Positions 46,804 through 52,029 of a stretch of 52,029 bases of DNA are shown in pieces. Below the pieces are notes generated by a model. It ran no database searches. It had not been told where the DNA came from and saw only the letters and a list, made by a program, of their open reading frames with translations. The DNA is from Neoconidiobolus thromboides FSU 785 (lineage: Eukaryota > Fungi > Entomophthoromycota). How positions within the stretch are numbered: the stretch's first letter is position 1; each line of letters begins with the position of its first letter. Both the position numbers and the translations under genes were made by a program. Location: contig MU626398.1 of NCBI GenBank assembly GCA_025603075.1, forward strand, positions 1 through 52,029. Direction: 5' to 3'.

Positions 46804-49800
46804 ATGGGTAAAAGTGCACCAAGTGGAAAAGAGAAAGGTGGTAAATCATCGGCCTTAAAGCGTTTGAAGGCTAGTTTAAAGGAAGCTGGAGTGATAGGGC
46901 CTGGAGGAAGGAACCGAGGGAGTCAAACCAAGAAACAGAGACAATCTTCCAACACCTTAGAGGCTGGTAAAAATAAAAAAGGGGAAAAGTTATCCTTAAT
47001 TAAAGACGCTTTCAATCCGTTTGAAATCAAAACATCCAAAAATAAATATGAGATTATTGGAAGAAGTGTAAAGGGTGTAAGTGGGAGACCAACATTATCT
47101 AAGCAGGTAGGAATCGATAATCGTAAAAAAACGTTATTGAAAGAGTATAATAATAAAAATCGAACTGGTACCATCATCGATAGACGTTTTGGTGAAAATG
47201 ATGCTACAATGACCCCAGAAGAAAAGATGTTGGAACGTTATACCAGGGAAAAACAAGTAATTTACTTTATAATTAACAAACTAGAAATTAATTTTATTAG
47301 AAAAAAGTTCGAAACTCTTCTGTTTTTAATTTGGAAGATGATACTGAGTTACAGTTGACACACATGGGCCAATCTTTAGCCGAAATAGATGATTTTGATG
47401 AACCTATACCATCAGATGAAGATGATATTGGTGGCATAGATAAATATACAGTTCATAACGCTCATTTTGGTGGTTTTGACCCAGAAAAAAGTGAACAGGT
47501 ATAACATATATATGTATTTATTTTATAATTAAATCTTTTAGGATGATGGAAGACCTAAATCAAAAGCGGAAGTCATGAAAGAAGTTATAGCTAAAAGTAA
47601 ATTCTATAAGGTATAAAAGATATTTTTTACACACGATCATTTATTTATAATTATTTTAGCATGAGAAACAAAAGTTGAAAGAGGATGATGAGAAAATCCG
47701 TCAAGAATTAGACAATGAGTTAGACGATATCAAATCATTACTGTTTTCAGCACAGCCATCAGAACCAGCAGTTAAACGTAAGCCATTAGAATCCCAAAAC
47801 TCGATGTTTAAAGTAACTTTTAACATTATTTTTTCAACCCGTTTTTAATTAATTATAATAGAAAACGAGTATTTTTAGTAAAAATGAAAATGACACTTTT
47901 GATGAAAATAGACCTGAAGATTATGATAAATTTGTTAGAGAATTAGCTTATGATCAAAAAGCTCAAGCCACTGATCGTACAAAGACTGAAGAGGAAGTAG
48001 CTTTAGAAGAAAAGATTAAATTAGAAAAAGCAGAGGTAATTAATATTAAAAATGATTATATTTTATTTTAAATATTTATAGCGTCATCGTTTACGTCGTA
48101 TGCAAGGTCTTGATTCTGAAAGTGAAGATGAAGGCATCAATTCTCGTAAAAAATCTCGTCGTGCTGGTCAAGGTGATGATCTTGATGATGATTTTGTAAC
48201 AGAGGAAGATGGTACTTTTGGTCTAGGTGAAGGTGTAAAAATCAGAGAGATCAACCCAAGCCAAAAAGATGAAGAGAATGACGAGAGCGATGATGAAGAA
48301 GAGACAGGAGATGAAGAAGAAGAAGAGGAGGAAGAGGAAGAAGAAGAAGAAGAAGAAGAAGACTATGAAGAAGAAGAGGAGGAAGAGGAAGTTTCCGACC
48401 AAGGCTCTGATCTTGAATCTGATCTTGAGAATGACCAATCAGTTAATAACAATGATCAGATAAAGAAAAAGCATAAGGTGGACCCAAAAATTAGTGAAGA
48501 AGCAGCGAAAGAATTACCTTATACCTTTCCTTTACCACAAGAACATGAGTCATTAATTAACTTGGTTGGAAAAAGAGACGTTAAAGATCATGCGGCATTC
48601 TTGAAGCGTGCTAGAGTATTATATCATCCAAAACTTGGAGCAGAAAATAAGGAAAAAATGGAAGTATTCCTTTTGGTGATACTAGAACATTTGGTTTACT
48701 TAGGAGATGATGAAGAATCATTAAACAAAGAACTCATAAATGTATATATGAAAAACTTTGTCGAATTGGCTATAATAATCCCAGATATTGCTTCAAAGGT
48801 TAGCATAAAATTCCTAAATGAAGTTCATGAAGAGTTTAAGGATCAGTTAACTCAAACAAGCCGAAATCCTTCTACTCCAAGCCCAGGGCAGCTTTTGGTA
48901 TTCTCTGTATTTACTCAACTCTTTTCAGTATCTGATTTTTACCATGCTGTTATTTCGCCCATGTTACTTTTATTTGGGCAAATGTTGCTTCAAGTTGACA
49001 TTTTATCACCAATATGCTTAGCTAGATCCCTTTACATCATTGGTCTTTTTTATGAGGTATTTTTTTAAATATTATTACAACAAAATCTAATTTTCCAGGT
49101 TGTTTCAAGCTCAAAACGCTTTGTCCCAGAAGCTTTAGGCTGTTTATACACTATTTTAGCCTTTGTTGCTCCAGAAGATACAAGAAAATCTATTGAAGCT
49201 ATGAATGACGTGTTTTTCAATCGATTCCAAATTGAAAATAATAATCTTTATAAAAAGTTAAACAAGATTACTAAAGAGGTGTATTCCAAATTTACATTCT
49301 CTGATGGTGATAGTGAAGCATTGAAATACAAACTAAAGTTTAGCGAATTATCGCTCGATACCAAAGATCCTCTTGTTTACTCTACGGAATTTATGTAAAG
49401 AATTATCTATTTTAAATAGCTTTTATTAATTATTTTTAGTACAACTTTATTAGTAGTGACATTAAGAAATGTTAAAAAATTCGCAGATTTGAACGGCCAT
49501 CACTCTGGTCCATTGACTGGTTTCCCAGAAGCTTTTGAATCTTTTATAAAGATTATTTCTAAGTTTGAAGAATCAACTCAAGTATCAGATGACCTTAAGG
49601 TAAATAGCTATTTTGATTATTTTGGTAAAAATCAAATTCAAAAATTAATTTAAATTAGACTTTAATTAAAGGCCATAAAGAACATGTCCAAACTTATATT
49701 ACCCGTTGTTTGAGTTCCCGCCGTCCACTTCAATTACAAAATCACAAAGCATTGGCCATTAAAACCTTATTGCCTAAATTTGAAGCAGAATACTCATTGG

Positions 49801-50054
49801 ATAAACATTATCTTCCAGAAGATGAGAATAAAGAGCTTACTAAACTACGCCGTCAACATAAACGTGAATTTAAGGGAGCAATAAGAGAGTTACGTAAAGA
49901 TACTCAATTCTTAGCTAGAGAAAAACTAAAGAATATCAAAGAGAAGGATGCTGCTTATAAAGAAAAGATTAAAGGCATTATGGGCGAACTTGCTAATAAT
50001 CAAGGTGATGAGCACAAGTTTAATTATGAAAAGAAATACAAGCGTGGGAAATAA
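46804..50054 (+). CDS. NOP14: Nucleolar protein 14 (SSU processome, multi-exon)
   Basis: FNPFEIK, RKKTLLKEY...IIDRRFGEND..MTPEEKMLERYTREKQ, LTHMGQSL, HNAHFGG, KSKAEVMKEVIAKSK, YDKFVRELAYDQKAQATDRTKTEEE, acidic tract, LPYTF, RRPLQLQNHKALAIKTLLPKFE, KREFKGAIRELRKD. Confidence 0.95.
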
Positions 50055-50569
50055 GGTAGTAAGTTAAGGTTTTGTAATATCATTGATGAAAAAAGATGGA
50101 TTGAATCGATTTTTCGTTTTTCGTTTTATTTGAGTATAGATATTAATAAAGAGTATAGAATATATTTATAAATTGTTTATACCATATTATATTAGTCTTT
50201 CCATTGTTTTGACTGTAACCAATAAAACGTTTGATCTTTGATAAATACTTAGTACCATGCTATTGTAGTAATGTCATTTGTATTCGATTCAAATTATTGC
50301 TTATGGCTGTTTGTAGTTAGTCATAAAACCATTCAAAATTTTTAAATAATAATTTAGAAATAGCTATATTCTAGCATAGTTTAAAAGTCCTGTCTCATTA
50401 TAGTTATATAAAATTAAGTATTAATAAACATTAATTTTAGTTTACATTTTATTTATTATTACATTGAGAAACAATAGCCATATAAATCCACAGTAATCTT
50501 TCAAATTATTCATTTCCCTTTAAACTATCTTTATTTAATAAACTAAACTATCAAAATAAACCTTAACTC

Positions 50570-50851
50570 TTAGTTTCCAACCTTAACTTTTTTACTACCA
50601 TCATCCGTAGGTGCCATTTCAATTTGAGCTAAGTATTCTTCTTCGTCCTCTTCGTCCTCTTCAGCTATTTCGTCTACTTCTTTTTCAACTTGGTCAGGGG
50701 ACTGGTTGATTAATTCGGTAAGTTTATCATTAATGAGTTTTTGAAAATTGAGTATTGAAGTCACGTTGCCCTCGTCTTTGCTTAAAGTTTCTTCAATTTG
50801 GAATTCTTGGTCTTCATCACCAGCACTAACCTTGTATATGGCTTTTAACAT
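50570..50851 (-). CDS. GON7: Small acidic protein, GON7 (KEOPS subunit)-like
   Basis: 93 aa: MLKAIY...F...SILNFQKLINDKLTELI followed by an acidic tail, resembling the Gon7 pattern (L.A.Y...LQ..IN..LT..M). Motif-level similarity only. Confidence 0.45.
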   Translation of the reverse strand: MLKAIYKVSAGDEDQEFQIEETLSKDEGNVTSILNFQKLINDKLTELINQSPDQVEKEVDEIAEEDEEDEEEYLAQIEMAPTDDGSKKVKVGN

Positions 50852-50909
50852 TTTGGATTGAAAGTTGAAGTGAAGTGGAAGTTCTGATTTTGATTATCAA
50901 ATACCATTT

Positions 50910-51218
50910 CAAAAAACTTAACACAACCCAGTATGTGCTATTTTGGATTGAAATTTTGCAGACTGTTAGTTATTAATGATAATGATTAAGTTTTACAAAA
51001 TGTGTTTTTCAATACATATCACATAGTTTAAAACTTCAATATTAGCAACTTAGTTGCTGAATTAAAAAGTAAACAAAAATAGTTCAAAATTTTAAATGTA
51101 TTAACCTTATTATATTTTCAAAATACGTTTTGTAAAACTTAATCATTATCATTAATAACTAACAGTCTGCAAAATTTCAATCCAAAATAGCACATACTGG
51201 GTTGTGTTAAGTTTTTTG
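50910..51218. repeat. Long perfect inverted repeat (91-bp arms, 127-bp spacer); foldback/MITE-like
   Basis: 50910-51000 is the exact reverse complement of 51128-51218 (checked base by base); it extends imperfectly to 50905/51223. Confidence 0.95.
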
Positions 51219-51562
51219 GAATGATGTCTATTATTTTTAAAATTTTTGTCAAATTAAGATAAAAAATATTTTTACAAGTTATATGGAAAATCTAATTTTT
51301 GAATACTGAAAAACAGTTTTTCAATATTTTAATCTTAAATCCATCCAATGCCATAATTTACAAATAAATCAAAGTAATAATCGACATTCAAAGTTAGAAT
51401 GTTCAAATCAAGAAACTAAATATTTATATTCAGTTTGAAATAAAAGTAAATTTAAATGTTATTAAAATGAAAAAACAAAATTAAATGTTATATTTGTTTA
51501 TTATAAGCAGCCAAATAGATTATCTACAGTTAAATATGGAAAGAAAAAGCTTCAAGCTAGAT

Positions 51563-52029
51563 TTAGATATCCCAGTCTTCTTCATCATCAGACAAAGCGA
51601 CACCATTCTTCTTAGCAGCCTTCTTCTTCTTATCTAAAGCTTTCTTTTCTTTACGAGAAAGCTCCTTCTTTGGTTGTTTGACCTTAATTTCATTACCAAA
51701 AGCATCCTTGACAGTTTCAACAACCTTATGCTCAAGCTTCTCTTTAACAGCTGGTTGTTTACCACCTTCAACGGTAAGTCTACCATTATCAACAAACCAT
51801 TTTTCTGGACATAATTTAACGAATTCAGTGTTATGGGTAATCATGATAACACCACCTTCGAAACAGTCCATAGCATTGGCAAGAGCACCAAGAGAATCAC
51901 GATCCAAGTAATTGGTAGGTTCGTCCATCACTAATAAATGAGGATGATCCCACATAGCAGCTGCTAATACAACCTTGACCTTTTGACCTCCAGAGAGACC
52001 ACGAATACGAGAGTGAGTAGCAAATTCAG
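51563..52029 (-). CDS. YEF3: Translation elongation factor 3, C-terminal part (gene continues beyond the window)
   Basis: HSRIRGLSGGQKVKVVLAAAMW..PHLLVMDEPTNYLDRDSLGALA...GGVIMITHN (ABC2), then KDAFGNEIK and a lysine-rich tail ending SDDEEDWDI*. Confidence 0.92.
   Translation of the reverse strand, partial: EFATHSRIRGLSGGQKVKVVLAAAMWDHPHLLVMDEPTNYLDRDSLGALANAMDCFEGGVIMITHNTEFVKLCPEKWFVDNGRLTVEGGKQPAVKEKLEHKVVETVKDAFGNEIKVKQPKKELSRKEKKALDKKKKAAKKNGVALSDDEEDWDI

Noticed and set aside
48223-48463. Poly-Phe and poly-Lys/Arg ORFs
   Set aside because: Other frames of the GAA/GAG acidic tract of NOP14.
1-52029. tRNA, rRNA or snRNA genes
   Set aside because: No GGTTCGA-type T-loop in a cloverleaf context outside coding sequence and no recognisable rRNA/snRNA motifs; a covariance-model scan could still find divergent ncRNAs.

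Overview
Very AT-rich eukaryotic nuclear DNA with short (~42-60 nt) GT-AG introns. The gene content (eEF3, pentafunctional AROM, Fungal_trans protein, plus an animal-type TBCK) points to an early-diverging fungus; Entomophthoromycotina/Conidiobolus-like is an inference only. I can support about 17 protein genes: an unknown 889-aa disordered/coiled-coil protein, dynein light intermediate chain, TBCK, REI1, an 11-exon uracil-DNA glycosylase that the ORF track misses, RPP2, TIM44, an EI24-domain protein, a short CENP-O/Mcm21-like protein, SENP8, MRPS14, RabGGTase alpha, ARO1, ACC1 (with 8- and 9-nt micro-exons), a Fungal_trans protein, NOP14, a GON7-like protein and the 3' end of eEF3. The main unexplained structure is a non-coding ~92-99 bp element with GGG...CCC imperfect terminal inverted repeats, present as 12 full copies and one half copy in the intergenic DNA. 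Most copies carry a 4-bp target-site duplication (ATAT, AAGT or ATGT). This fits a very small non-autonomous DNA transposon with a Sola-like target signature. Some copies sit in the target-site duplication of another copy, and the family shows two-strand CpG decay. Other observations: a perfect 91-bp inverted repeat upstream of the GON7-like gene, LINE-like relics, a decayed duplicate of the REI1 3' end, and a possible dead Zn2Cys6 exon. No rRNA, tRNA or CRISPR array was recognised.
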